64,000 nt of DNA from a bacterium (GTDB taxonomy: Bacteria; UBA8248): positions 64,001-128,000 of the forward strand of contig CBDCRP010000002.1 of NCBI GenBank assembly GCA_965221165.1. The letters run 5' to 3'. Shown here one piece after another: positions 10,165 to 20,750 of this stretch. The notes under the pieces were generated by a model. It was not told the origin of the DNA, ran no database searches, and saw nothing but the letters and a program-made list of their open reading frames with translations. A program made the translations under genes and the position numbers. Each line of letters starts with the position of its first letter. Position 1 is the stretch's first letter.

Positions 10165-10914
10165 ATGCGTTTCGAGAACAAAACCATCATCGTCACGGGT
10201 GCGGGCGGGGGAATAGGACGAGCGAGCGCGCTCAGGCTTGCGCGCGAGGGCGCGCACGTCTTCTGTATGGACATCGCCGACTCGCGCGAGGATACCGCCA
10301 GATTCATCAATGAAGAAGGCTTCGGCGACGCGAGCTCAGTAGCCTATGACGCATTGCGCTCAGAAAGCGTGAAGAAAGTCTTTCAGGAAACTATTTCGGC
10401 GCACGGACCCATCGACGTACTCGTCAACTGCGTCGGCGCGGGCCTGCCCCTTTCGGCTCTTGAAATCGACGAAGAGGCGTTCGATAAAATGTTCGACATG
10501 AACGTGAAGACCATCTATCGCGCCTGCTGGGCGGTGCTGCCCCACATGCAGGAGCAAAAGAGCGGCAAAATCATCAATTTCTCCTCCGTCGCAGGCCGTT
10601 CGGCCAGCGTACTCCAGGGGCCGCACTATTCGAGCGCCAAGGCAGCCGTCATCGGCCTGACGCGCCACCTCGCCCGTGAGTTCGGCCCCCACAACATCAA
10701 CGTGAACGCCATCGCCCCGGGCGTCGTCGGCACCGAGCGCATTCTCGAGCAAATGAGCGATGCGCAAAAGAAAAAAACCGAAGCCGCCACGCCGCTCGGA
10801 CGCATCGCCGCGCCCGAGGACATCGCAGGCGTCGTCGCCTTTCTCGCCTCGGACGACGCGCGCCACGTCACCGGCGTCACCATCGACGTGAACGGGGGTT
10901 TCTTTCTGGCATAG
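10165..10914 (+). CDS. Short-chain dehydrogenase/reductase (FabG-like)
   Basis: [13 protein letters not shown] and VNAIAPG; GGAGG RBS. Confidence 0.9.
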   Translation: MRFENKTIIVTGAGGGIGRASALRLAREGAHVFCMDIADSREDTARFINEEGFGDASSVAYDALRSESVKKVFQETISAHGPIDVLVNCVGAGLPLSALEIDEEAFDKMFDMNVKTIYRACWAVLPHMQEQKSGKIINFSSVAGRSASVLQGPHYSSAKAAVIGLTRHLAREFGPHNINVNAIAPGVVGTERILEQMSDAQKKKTEAATPLGRIAAPEDIAGVVAFLASDDARHVTGVTIDVNGGFFLA

Positions 10915-11058
10915 ATCAGGGAAAATTCAGGACACCGTCGCTTTCATATGGCCTGCGTAGTTTCCAAACGACGTTTAGATTCAGAAAAATTTTTCGCTCT
11001 GCAAAACCAAAATTCAGCGGAGACATCATCGTCCAAAGGCACCCTCTACGCCTTGGCG

Positions 11059-12361
11059 CTACGCTTCGGGAGAATCCGCCTTCAAGGGCGTCGCGGCGGC
11101 TGCGAAATCCTTCGGCCGCATCAGTTGCATGGCGATCGAGGCGATCATCAGGGCGAGTCCCGTCGTCTTGAGCCACATTCCGTTAAAGAACAAGACCGCT
11201 CCGGCCGCACCCATGATGAAGCGATCCAGCACCGTCAGTATGCGCAGGAAATAACCCTCCAGGGCCGCCGAGGTGCATATGAAGCCCAGGGCCGCGCTCA
11301 CCCAGACCAGAATCACTTGATCCCAGGGGCCGTTCAGCAGTATCGGCGTGTAGGCCATCAAAAGAGGCACGACGTAAAGCGGTTTCGCCAGCTTCAGAGA
11401 GATGAAACCGGTTCGCATGGGGTCGCACTGCGCGACGCCCGCCGCCACGAACGCGCCCAGGGCGAAGGGCGGCGTGAGAGCCGCATCCTGGCTCAGCCAG
11501 AGGATGATCATGTGCGCGGTGAACATCGAGAGGCCGAAATCCATGAGCGCGGGCCCGGCAAGAATGGCGATGAGGATATAGCTCGCCGTAATCGTCATCC
11601 CCATGCCCAGGATGTAACTGGCGAGCGCCACCAGAGCCACCGCCAGGAAGAGCATGTTGTTCGAATAGGAGAGGATGATGGCCGTCATCTTCTGCGCCAG
11701 ATCGGGATGCGTGATCCCGGTGAGCACGAGGCCCATCACGCCCGCCGTCGCGCCGATGACGAGCGAATTGACAGAACCGGTAACGAACGCATCGCCGATT
11801 TCGGACATGATGCGCCGCGCCTCCTGATGCCGCCAGGCCAGGAAGCAGGCCAGCAGCACATAGAGATACACCGCATCGCCGCCATAGATGATGCTGGCGG
11901 CGAAAACGGCCGCCTGAAGACCGAGAAGGTACCAGCATTTCTGCTTGAACGTGCTCACTACCACGGAGGCGACGATGGTCCACGTGGCGTAGCCGATGGT
12001 GGGCACCGGCTTGTCGACGCCGTTGTAAGCATTCTTGACGATGGTGGTCTTGAAGTACGCCTTGTTCGAATCCAGAAGCCCCTGGCCCACTTTTCCGTCC
12101 ACCGGCAGGAGCGTGATGGGTGAGGAAGTCGCCAGCTTCAGGACGGCCGGCGAGGGTACGGGATTCGGGATGGTGAAGGCGTCGAGCCGGTTGTCCTTCA
12201 CGGCGTCGGCCGCCACGTTCCAGTTCAGGTTCTCTTCGCGCACCTTGATGCCGGCGAGTTGGACGACGGTGCGCGTCATGAAGTGCGTGCTGCTGCCCCG
12301 ACGCGCGAAACTCACGCGCTTGCCGTTCAGGTCGGCGATTTTCTTGATGCCCGAATCCTTC
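11059..12361 (-). pseudogene. Deletion-fused remnant of a TAXI solute-binding protein and a TRAP 4TM/12TM permease
   Basis: TAXI central part (IADLNGKRVSF..GS; YNGVDKPVPT) runs in frame into the permease C-terminus (SYILGMGMTITASY; ALTPPFALGAFVAAG); both N-termini are missing. Confidence 0.7.
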
Positions 12362-12661
12362 TGCTCGTTACCTTGAACCCCAGCACCCGGGCTTAGAAAT
12401 CCTCCATCCGGGCCAGATCCTTGGTCCAGAATCCAACATGCCCAACTTTCGTGGTCTTGAACATAAACGCTCGGTTCATTCCTGGTCGAATGTCGAGAGG
12501 AGCAAAAGAATAAACTGCTCCTTCGGCATCGCCCATACAACTATGTATGAAACCAAAATACTGTATGGAAAAATCTTAAACCACCCCGCAAGGCAAAAGC
12601 AAGAAACCTCCCGGTCTCGCGGCGAAAATCAAAACCAAGCGGCCAGACTTTGAAGAGGGCG

Positions 12662-14026
12662 TCAATTTTCCCCTTCGATATCCGGAAATTCACAGACCCA
12701 GCCCAGTTCCGCCTCACACCAGCGGGCGGCGGACAGAAGAGCCGTCTCGCCGAAGCGGCGTCCGCCCAGTTGAATTCCGATGGGCAGGTTCTCATCTCCC
12801 CTGCCTACCGGAAGGGTAATGGCCGGAAATCCGATTTGCGTGAAAGGCTCGTTGAACAAGGCGTTTCCGGTGGATTCCTCGGCGATGGGGGGTCGCTCCA
12901 CCTGGGAGGGCAAGATGACGAGGTCGAAGTTCCGGAAATAATCCTCCATTCGCTGAATGAAGCGCGCGCGAAAACGCAGGGCGTTCACATAATGAACCGC
13001 CGGCGTCATGAGGCCCGTGGAGATATTTTTTCGAATATGGGAAGCATAGGCGTTCTGATTCTCCAGAAACATCTTGTCGTGATAGGCGGCCGCCTCCACG
13101 CGCATGATGATGCGGTGCGCCGCGTGCATCTCGTCCACATCCACAGGCAGCCTCCCTTCCTGCACGTCCACCCCTTTGGCCTTCAAATTCGCGACGCACT
13201 CCTCGATGCGTCCGGCCACCTCCTCGCTCGCGTGGGGGAGGAGATCCTCTTTCCAGAAACACGCCCGTTTCGGTTTTGCCGGTGCTGAGGCTTGAGCGTA
13301 ATCGGGCACGTCGACATCGGGTGCTTGGGCATCAAGCCCATCCGCGCCCGAGATGGCCGTGAGAACGCGCGCCGCATCTTCAGCACATCTCGTGATCACG
13401 CCAACATGATCCAGATTCCACGACACCGTGATCAGCCCGCTTCTCGGTATCCGGCCGTAGGTGGGCTTGAGCCCCACCACGCCGCAAAACGCAGAAGGCC
13501 TCAGGGTCGAGCCGCCCGTCTGGCTGCCCAGGGCCGCCGGGACCATTCCTGTGGCAACGGCGGCTGCGGAGCCGCTGCTCGAGCCACCCGGGCTTCTCTT
13601 GAAATTCCATGGATTTCGCGTTTCCGAGGGATCAGAGGTGGCGAATTGCGTGGTGACCGTCTTGCCGAGGCAAAGCGCGCCCGCATTTTTCAAGCGCGTC
13701 GTGACGGTGGCGTCCTCATCCGGCATGTATCCCTTGAGCAGGGGAGAGTTCGCCTCGCGCGGCAGACCGACGACGTCCACGATGTCCTTAAAACCGATGG
13801 CGGCGCCCCCGAGCGCGCCACCCCCCTGCCCGTCGGCGATGCGCTCATCAATCGCCTTTGCCCCGGCCAGCGCGCCCTCCCTGTCCACGTGCGCCCATGC
13901 AAGGATTTTTCCCTCCAGCGCATCGATTCGCTCCAGCAAGGAGCGCGTCCAATTCAAAGCCGACAAGCCGCCTTCAGTGATGCTCCTCAACCCATCCGAG
14001 AGGCTCAAACGCCAAGGTTCACTCAT
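12662..14026 (-). CDS. Amidase-signature family protein (GatA-like)
   Basis: KD, SPGGSSSGSAAAVA and LGSQTGGSTLRPSAFCG. Confidence 0.92.
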   Translation of the reverse strand: MSEPWRLSLSDGLRSITEGGLSALNWTRSLLERIDALEGKILAWAHVDREGALAGAKAIDERIADGQGGGALGGAAIGFKDIVDVVGLPREANSPLLKGYMPDEDATVTTRLKNAGALCLGKTVTTQFATSDPSETRNPWNFKRSPGGSSSGSAAAVATGMVPAALGSQTGGSTLRPSAFCGVVGLKPTYGRIPRSGLITVSWNLDHVGVITRCAEDAARVLTAISGADGLDAQAPDVDVPDYAQASAPAKPKRACFWKEDLLPHASEEVAGRIEECVANLKAKGVDVQEGRLPVDVDEMHAAHRIIMRVEAAAYHDKMFLENQNAYASHIRKNISTGLMTPAVHYVNALRFRARFIQRMEDYFRNFDLVILPSQVERPPIAEESTGNALFNEPFTQIGFPAITLPVGRGDENLPIGIQLGGRRFGETALLSAARWCEAELGWVCEFPDIEGEN

Positions 14027-14063
14027 TTTTCACTCCCCCTGCATTTCGCATCGTCACCATAAT

Positions 14064-14237
14064 TCATTTATCCAGTTGTTCGAGTTTTTCCAGTATTTCA
14101 AGTAGGTGGGGCTTTCCCCCCGCCGGTGGCCGCCAGCGCACATGCGTCACGGGCACATTCTGATCTTTTAGTTCATCGGCGAATATCTCAAGGCCCAGGT
14201 TAACGACCCGAAGCGGTGTATGGCGCAAGTCCTTCAT
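14064..14237 (-). CDS. Small FdrA-associated protein, 57 aa (below the ORF-track cutoff)
   Basis: My translation MKDLRHTPLRVVNLGLEIFADELKDQNVPVTHVRWRPPAGGKPHLLEILEKLEQLDK; VVNLGL..F and WRPPAGG match the module found after FdrA. Confidence 0.7.
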   Translation of the reverse strand: MKDLRHTPLRVVNLGLEIFADELKDQNVPVTHVRWRPPAGGKPHLLEILEKLEQLDK

Positions 14238-14240
14238 GGC

Positions 14241-15740
14241 CTAACTATCCTCGACCAATTCCGGCCGTATCAACGCCGCGGCGAACCGGGTCGCCTGCGC
14301 GTTCGATGGCAGGACCACCACGCCGGCATCCTCCAGAATCCGCACCTGCTCACTCATAGCTTGCGGATCGTCCGCCGTACCCACCACCGAGGCGACGAAA
14401 ACGGGATATTTCGCCTGAATTCTCGTTTCTTTTACCGCCCGCGCTAAAGGACCCGCCGGGTCCTGCGCGCTTCCCCTGCCCAGTATCAAATCGAATAAAA
14501 CCACGCCTGTGTCTTCATCCACCGCAAATCTCAAAATCATTTCCGCGCGGGATTCGGGGTCGATCATGGGATGGGGTTTACCTACCGTATATCGATCATC
14601 TCCCAAATCAAGAACACGGTGGCGGCCCCCATCCTCGTTCCAGGATACATCGCCGAGTAACTCCTCCAGGATGAGGCGGCTCTCGTGGGCGAGCGTGCCT
14701 CCCGAGAACAGCCCGAGAACACCTGCGTCCACGAATCCGCCCGCAGGCTGCAAAGAGGCGATTCTCCCTTTCAGCCCAGCCTGGGCGAAGAAGTTTTCCG
14801 GCCTGTGGCTCTCCCCTTTCAAAATCGCCGCCACGGCATGGCCCGCATCCTCCAAAGTTTCGGCCCATCCCGGGTTTTCTGCACCCAGAAAACAGACGAC
14901 ATGCGGCTTTTCGAGGGCTTTGAGCGCCTTTTCGATTTTGGGCAGCACCTCTGCGTCAGGCGGTTTTGATATGAGCACAACGATTATTGTTTCGGGGTCG
15001 TCGGCCAGGAAATCGAGCGCGTGGAGCGTCATCAAGCCGCCCACCTCGGCGGACAGATCGCGTCCGCCCACGCCGATCCCGTGGGAAATCCCCTCGCCCA
15101 GGGCATCGAGTCGAGAGGCTACGGCCTGAAGGCCGGTACCCGAAGCAGCGATACAGCCTACTCGCCCCGGCTTCACCACGTTGGTAAAGCCCAAACCCGC
15201 ACCGGCGATGTACGCCGTTCCGCAGTCGGGACCCATCAATAACAAATCGCGCCTTATGGCCTCTCGCTTCAGAGCCACCTCGTCATCCACCGACACGTTG
15301 TCGCTGAACAAAAACACATGCCGCCCGCGCCGCAGGGCGTCCATGGCTTCTTTCGCTGCATAGGCGCCGGGGATGGAAATCATCGCGAGGTTCGAATCAG
15401 GCGCTGCGGCGAGCGCTCCCGCCAAGCTCGAGGGCGAAAAATCTCTCGCTCCGCCACCGACGACCCGTTCTTGCGTCAAAAAGGCTTTTGCCTCTTCAAT
15501 CGCTTCCAGCGCGAGTTCTAGCGAATCCGCCTCGACGGCGAGAACCAGATCATTCGGCCCGGCATCGACCTTGTTTTCCTCGGCCAGGCCCGCCTGAAGC
15601 AGGATATCCCGATTCGCAGGCGTGCCCATGAGCGCCGCCACCTCGGAGACGCCCGGTTTTTTGCGAATCTCGCGCGCGAGTCGCATGAGTTTCACGGAGT
15701 CCTGGTAGAAGGAAGGCAGTACGAGCCTTGCGAGCGCCAA
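14241..15740 (-). CDS. fdrA: FdrA/AllF-like acyl-CoA synthetase-fold protein
   Basis: YQDSVKLM, MGTPAN, LFSDNV, LMGPDCGT, ASGTG and DLGDD.YT.GKPHPMIDP. Confidence 0.88.
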   Translation of the reverse strand: MALARLVLPSFYQDSVKLMRLAREIRKKPGVSEVAALMGTPANRDILLQAGLAEENKVDAGPNDLVLAVEADSLELALEAIEEAKAFLTQERVVGGGARDFSPSSLAGALAAAPDSNLAMISIPGAYAAKEAMDALRRGRHVFLFSDNVSVDDEVALKREAIRRDLLLMGPDCGTAYIAGAGLGFTNVVKPGRVGCIAASGTGLQAVASRLDALGEGISHGIGVGGRDLSAEVGGLMTLHALDFLADDPETIIVVLISKPPDAEVLPKIEKALKALEKPHVVCFLGAENPGWAETLEDAGHAVAAILKGESHRPENFFAQAGLKGRIASLQPAGGFVDAGVLGLFSGGTLAHESRLILEELLGDVSWNEDGGRHRVLDLGDDRYTVGKPHPMIDPESRAEMILRFAVDEDTGVVLFDLILGRGSAQDPAGPLARAVKETRIQAKYPVFVASVVGTADDPQAMSEQVRILEDAGVVVLPSNAQATRFAAALIRPELVEDS

Positions 15741-15741
15741 T

Positions 15742-15927
15742 TTATTTTTCTTCGTCAGCGGGCGGGGCGAAAGGTTCTTGCGTTTTCTCCAGCGAGACGG
15801 ACGACATCGTCAAGAGCATCTCCGCCACCTCATCCGCATAGGCGGCGACCCGCTCCTCACCCTCTAAGCCGAAAACGTCTTGAGCCATCCGCCCGATTTG
15901 CGCAGCAATCTTTGATTGATCGTTCAT
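15742..15927 (-). CDS. Small hypothetical protein (61 aa), possibly a GatC/AtzG-like amidase partner
   Basis: ATG overlaps the ubiX stop and the ORF abuts the fdrA start; short helical acidic protein ending EPFAPP. Confidence 0.5.
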   Translation of the reverse strand: MNDQSKIAAQIGRMAQDVFGLEGEERVAAYADEVAEMLLTMSSVSLEKTQEPFAPPADEEK

Positions 15928-16538
15928 TCGCTCGTCTCTCCATTCTGACGCACCGCGAGGCTCTTGCGCTCGGGGTGCTGACCCCGCCACTGCTCGAAGA
16001 GGTTCTGCTCAAGCCCCAGACACGTGAGCGTCTTGCCCACCACGTGATCGATCAGATCCTCCATCGTCTGGGGCTTGAAATAGAACCCCGGCGACGCAGG
16101 CAGTATGAAAACGCCCATCAGCGCGAGTTTGTGCATGTTTTCCAGGTGAATCGCAGAAAGCGGCATTTCACGCGGCAGGAGAACGAGTTTTTTCTGTTCC
16201 TTGAGCATCACGTCCGCCGCACGGCAGATGAGGTTATCGCCCGTGCCTGTGGCTATCAGTCCGAGCGTCTTTAAGGAGCAGGGAGCTATCACCATCGCGT
16301 CGAAGCCTGCGCTCCCGCTCGCGGGCCTTGCACCGATGTCGCTTTCGGGATGAACGACGCTCGCCCACGAAGACAGCCTGGCTAGGTCCACCTCCGTCTC
16401 ATAGGCCAGAACGCGGATGCCCGCCTTGGAGACGACCAAGTGGGTCTCCACTTCGGGATACGCGTCGTGCAAAACCTCCATGAGGCGCACGCCGTATATC
16501 GAACCCGAAGCGCCCGTTATGCCAACCACCAGCTTCAT
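15924..16538 (-). CDS. ubiX: Flavin prenyltransferase UbiX
   Basis: VGITGASG, ASGS, APCSLKTL, RAADVMLKE, PREMP and PGFY. Confidence 0.93.
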   Translation of the reverse strand: MKLVVGITGASGSIYGVRLMEVLHDAYPEVETHLVVSKAGIRVLAYETEVDLARLSSWASVVHPESDIGARPASGSAGFDAMVIAPCSLKTLGLIATGTGDNLICRAADVMLKEQKKLVLLPREMPLSAIHLENMHKLALMGVFILPASPGFYFKPQTMEDLIDHVVGKTLTCLGLEQNLFEQWRGQHPERKSLAVRQNGETSE

Positions 16539-16563
16539 CGCATAACCCCAATCTCGGTGAGAT

Positions 16564-17454
16564 TCACAAGCGCGTCTTCGAAACCTTCTCGTAATCACGA
16601 TACAACAGGGTGAAATCTTTTTCGATCATCCCGCGTTTGACGGCTTTTTCCAAAAACGCGAGCGTGGCTTCTCCGTGCTCGGTCTGCGCCCGGTGTTTCT
16701 TGCCCATTTTAACGGCCATGCCTACGTCTTTTATCATGTTGTAGACGCGCGACTTGCCGTCCCATTTCCCGGACAATATATGGTTCGGAAAGCGGAACTG
16801 GCTCGCATAGCTCCTCGCGTTCGATACGTTGAACACGTTGATCATGTCCTCGACCTTGAGGCCCACCTTCTCCGCGAGCTTTCCTCCCTCGCAGGTCGCC
16901 ATGAAGATGGAGTGACAAACCATGTTGTGAATCAGCTTCATGGCATGGCCCGCGCCGCTTTCGCCCAGATGGAAAAGGTCGTCGGCAATGGGGCTCAAAA
17001 ATCTTTTCGTCCGGCGAAACGCTTTCTCATCCCCGCCTATCATCAGCGTAAGCGTGCCTGCGGCCGCTCCCGTTGCGCCGCCGCTCATGCCGGCATCGAG
17101 ATAGGCCACTCCCTTCGTCTTTGCGCGCCGGGCGATTTTTCGGGTCACCGCGGGGTCTGAACTCGTGAAATCATAAATCACCAGATTCTTGCGCGCGTTC
17201 GCCAGAACGCCTCCCCTTCCCTTGAGAGATTCTTCGATTTCCGGCGACCCCGGAACCACGAAGAAGATGACGCCCGCCTGAGCGGCCATTTCGCCCGGCT
17301 CACAAACCTCGACGCCTCGTTTTCTCTCCCATGGCTCTCTCGCCTCGGGAGCCACGTCCCAAACCATCAAAGGCATTTTCGCCTTATGAAGATTACCGGC
17401 GACGCCGCGCCCCATGTTACCCAGACCCACTACGCCGATTTTCGCTTGCGCCAT
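16564..17454 (-). CDS. Beta-hydroxyacid (3-hydroxyisobutyrate-type) dehydrogenase
   Basis: GLGNMG, DAGMSGG, GTLTLMIGG and GAGHAMKLIHN. Confidence 0.88.
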   Translation of the reverse strand: MAQAKIGVVGLGNMGRGVAGNLHKAKMPLMVWDVAPEAREPWERKRGVEVCEPGEMAAQAGVIFFVVPGSPEIEESLKGRGGVLANARKNLVIYDFTSSDPAVTRKIARRAKTKGVAYLDAGMSGGATGAAAGTLTLMIGGDEKAFRRTKRFLSPIADDLFHLGESGAGHAMKLIHNMVCHSIFMATCEGGKLAEKVGLKVEDMINVFNVSNARSYASQFRFPNHILSGKWDGKSRVYNMIKDVGMAVKMGKKHRAQTEHGEATLAFLEKAVKRGMIEKDFTLLYRDYEKVSKTRL

Positions 17455-17477
17455 CTCGCATCCTTTCCTTGCCGTAT

Positions 17478-19214
17478 TTACCGGACCGTCTGTTTTTGAG
17501 TCGACCCGGGCGAATACGCTTTTAGCGGTTCTTTCCCGAACAAAATCTCGCCCCTCTCCCCATGCCCGATGCGCGTTACGAAACTGCAATCCGCCTCGTT
17601 CGTCTCGGGATAATCCAGCCTGAAATGCGCCCCCCGGCTCTCTTGCCTGTTCAGGGCGGCGGTGGCGAGCAGTTTGCCCAGAAGCGCCAGATTTCTGACA
17701 GAAAGCGCGCTCTCGAGTTCCTGGCCTCTTGTTTTTTCGGATGAGCGCGCACCCGCATCGAGGCGCATGTGGGGGATTTCCTCATTTTCGATGCTCTCGA
17801 ACTCATCCAGCGCATATCGGCAGCCCTCGGCGTCGCGTATGGGACCCAGTTTCTCATGTGCGAGCATCCGGCAACGCATGCGCACGTCCTTTTGGAGTGG
17901 GCCGTCTTCGCGGTGGATGAGCGTCTCCAGCCAGGCGCGCTCGGTTTCGGGAATGCCGCCGAGAGTCGCAGGTGCTTCTTCTCCCCCCTCATTCACCTGC
18001 GTGGAGACCGCCCGGCCCGCCCGCCTCCCGTAAACCAGAGAAGCCGAGAGCGCTGAGCCGCCGATCCGGTTCCCGCCGTGGATGCCGCCCCCCGTCTCTC
18101 CCGCGGCCCAAAGACCCGGCACGCTCGTTCTGCCGTCGACATCTATCTTCAGGCCCCCGAGCCACGTATGGCTGCCCGGAGCCACTTCCAGCGGTGTCTT
18201 GGTGATGTCGATGCCGCGCGAGAGGCACGTTTTATACACATGGGGAATCTGTTTCTGGATGGTCTCCATGGGCACCCGGGTGGCGTCCATGTAAATGCCG
18301 CCCGTGAGGCCGGCGCGGCCTGCGTGAATCTCTTTCGCCATGGCGAGTATGACCTCGCTGCGCGTGCTTTTCTCCGCCGTGTCGGGGAAATAGCGCTTCA
18401 AAAACGCCTCTCCCTCCTGGTTCAGGAAAATGGCGCCTGCGTTGATGAACCCCGTGGGATGGGGCGCGAAGCCAAACAACTCCTCGGGCGCGCAGCACAT
18501 GGCCTGAAAGTCGATCATCTCGATGCCCAAAAGGGGAACGCCTGCGCGAAAGCCCAGCACATAGCCGTCGCCCGTTACTTGCGGCGGGTTGTCGTTCACG
18601 TAGAAAAGGCCGCTTCCGCCTCCCGTGGCGAGAATTACCTCGCTCGCGGCGTAGACCATCAGGCAGCCGCGCGAGTAGTCCACCCCCCATGCGCCGACGA
18701 CGCGGCCCGCCTCGGTGATGAGGTCCACGATGGCCACATGGGGGTGCTGGCCGATGCGGGCGTCGCCCCTGAGCCTCTTCGAGAGCACTTTCGTGACCAT
18801 GTTTCCCGTGGTGTCGTGATGGTGCAGGGCGCGGGGATAGGTGTGGCTCGGGAACATTTTAAGATCGAGTCCCCCCGCGTCGTCCGTGATGAACTCAGCC
18901 CCCCAATCTCTCAGGTCGTGCACGACGTCGATGATGTCATACACCCAGGTTCTCGCCAGTTCCGGGTCGATGAGCTCGCCGCCGTATTTGAGGATTTCCT
19001 GTAGATGAAGCTCAGGGCTGTCGCCCGGCGCCATCGCCGCGGCGAAACCACCCCTCGCCACGGTCGTCGTGCCGCTCGTGGCCCTGCCCTTGGTGGCCTG
19101 GATGACGCGCACGCCCTCTTGCGCGCACTCGAAGGCGGCCATCGTGCCCGCCGCACCCCCGCCCACGATCAACACGTCGGTCTCGTGGCGTTCCTCTGCG
19201 ATGTTTCCCGCCAT
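17478..19214 (-). CDS. SdhA/FrdA/NadB-family FAD flavoprotein (stand-alone)
   Basis: GGGAAG, LATGG, TGDG, HTWLGG, GIHGGNRIGG and ESRGAHFRLDYP. Confidence 0.85.
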   Translation of the reverse strand: MAGNIAEERHETDVLIVGGGAAGTMAAFECAQEGVRVIQATKGRATSGTTTVARGGFAAAMAPGDSPELHLQEILKYGGELIDPELARTWVYDIIDVVHDLRDWGAEFITDDAGGLDLKMFPSHTYPRALHHHDTTGNMVTKVLSKRLRGDARIGQHPHVAIVDLITEAGRVVGAWGVDYSRGCLMVYAASEVILATGGGSGLFYVNDNPPQVTGDGYVLGFRAGVPLLGIEMIDFQAMCCAPEELFGFAPHPTGFINAGAIFLNQEGEAFLKRYFPDTAEKSTRSEVILAMAKEIHAGRAGLTGGIYMDATRVPMETIQKQIPHVYKTCLSRGIDITKTPLEVAPGSHTWLGGLKIDVDGRTSVPGLWAAGETGGGIHGGNRIGGSALSASLVYGRRAGRAVSTQVNEGGEEAPATLGGIPETERAWLETLIHREDGPLQKDVRMRCRMLAHEKLGPIRDAEGCRYALDEFESIENEEIPHMRLDAGARSSEKTRGQELESALSVRNLALLGKLLATAALNRQESRGAHFRLDYPETNEADCSFVTRIGHGERGEILFGKEPLKAYSPGSTQKQTVR

Positions 19215-19454
19215 CCGGATCGTCCTTTCGTACCAATGATTTGGAAAGAATACTGATTATGAGGGCATCTTAAAACATTTCCGGGGAAAAGACTTCCCGC
19301 GCGGAAGATTCCCGGCGGGCGCCCATAGTACGAATCGAAAATTTCTTGAGCCGCCATATGCGCGGCTTATGCCTGCTGGGTGAATCATATTTTCAGAAAT
19401 GTTTCGAAGAAGGCGAACAGCATCGCGCCAGAGGGGGCGGCGTCACCCGTCTCA

Positions 19455-20702
19455 TCACGATTCCCGCCCCAGCATTTCGATCATCTTCTCCGCGCAGGCA
19501 TCGGCGAAGGCGGCATCGTTGATGTGGAGATCGAGCGAGATGATTTCTCCCGTTTTTAGATTCTGCTTGAGCGAGGCCGCAAAGGCGGCGTCCACCTCGG
19601 GACTGCGCCAATCGCCCACCTCGCGTCCACTGAGATCGTGGGCCTTTCGCTTGGTGTGTTCACTGTAGCCCCTGGTGGGTATCAGGACCGAGAGAGGGCT
19701 TTGGGCGCGGTTGAGTTTTTCCGCCATCAGGACGCCCAGGGCATCGAACTCCTCCCTGTTCGTGCGCATGAGAAGATTCTGGGCATTGTACTGAAAAAAC
19801 GCCCTGTCCCGATACTTTTCGGGCACCTGCCCCGTCCAGAAATTCGCGTGATCGAGCGCACCCGGCGCCACGACCTGGGGAATCCCTGCCGCACCTGCGG
19901 CCTCGAGCCTGCCTGCGCCCGCGCTGTATACGCCATCCACGAGCAGGTCCGTGAGTTCATGCGTGGTGACGTCCACCACGCCGGCCAACTCGCCCAGACC
20001 GGCCAGGGACTCCAGTGCGCGTCCGCCGGGTCCCGAGGCATGGAAGAATATGACCTCATAGCCCGCCTCCGTGAGCCTCCTCTCCACCTGCTCGACGCAG
20101 GCCGCCGTACCGCCGAAAGAAGATACCCCGACGAGGGGCGGAGTCGAGCGGTCGCCCTCTCGCGACACGCCTTCTCGCTTCACCATTCCCGCGAGAGCGA
20201 GGGCCGCATTCTCTATGACGCCGCGTGTGATGCGGTTTAAGGATATATCGCCGATGGAGGGAAACATCATGATGTCGCTTTCCGCCACATACCACTGCAC
20301 GGCCGCCGTGGCGGCGACGACGCTCACCATTACCTTGGGCGTGAGGGGCGGCAGCGCGCGCATGATGGCGCAGGCCATCGAGGTGCCGTTCGCCCCGCCG
20401 AGGCCGACCGCGCCCTGTATTTCACCTTTTTGAAATTTTTCAGCCAATATCCGCCTTCCGCCTTCCATCATCACTTCCGAGGCGGCGTTCCTCTCCATCC
20501 GGGCCAGATTCTCCCAACTTTCGCCCGCCTCACTCGCCACCTCAACACCTGTGACGTCCGCGCCGTCCACCTCGTGCGGTCTGCATGAGAGGTCAACCAC
20601 AAGGGGCCTCACGCCCAAGTCATGGAGCGTCTCCGCCAGAAAGCGCGCTTCCGCCCCCTTGCTGTCCATCGTCACCAATATAGCTACACTCTGAGTCGAC
20701 AT
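19455..20702 (-). CDS. Tm-1-like ATP-binding domain protein (UPF0261)
   Basis: TMDSKGAE, PKVMVS, FHASGPGGRALE, VDVTTHEL and LHIND. Confidence 0.85.
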   Translation of the reverse strand: MSTQSVAILVTMDSKGAEARFLAETLHDLGVRPLVVDLSCRPHEVDGADVTGVEVASEAGESWENLARMERNAASEVMMEGGRRILAEKFQKGEIQGAVGLGGANGTSMACAIMRALPPLTPKVMVSVVAATAAVQWYVAESDIMMFPSIGDISLNRITRGVIENAALALAGMVKREGVSREGDRSTPPLVGVSSFGGTAACVEQVERRLTEAGYEVIFFHASGPGGRALESLAGLGELAGVVDVTTHELTDLLVDGVYSAGAGRLEAAGAAGIPQVVAPGALDHANFWTGQVPEKYRDRAFFQYNAQNLLMRTNREEFDALGVLMAEKLNRAQSPLSVLIPTRGYSEHTKRKAHDLSGREVGDWRSPEVDAAFAASLKQNLKTGEIISLDLHINDAAFADACAEKMIEMLGRES

Positions 20703-20750
20703 TTTTCCTTTTCTCGCATATTCAAATGTGCAACCCTGACGCTGTGTCCC

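Noticed and set aside
14110-14125. Frameshift in the C-run of the small FdrA-associated gene
   Set aside because: Recounting the run gives an intact frame (PAGGKP)
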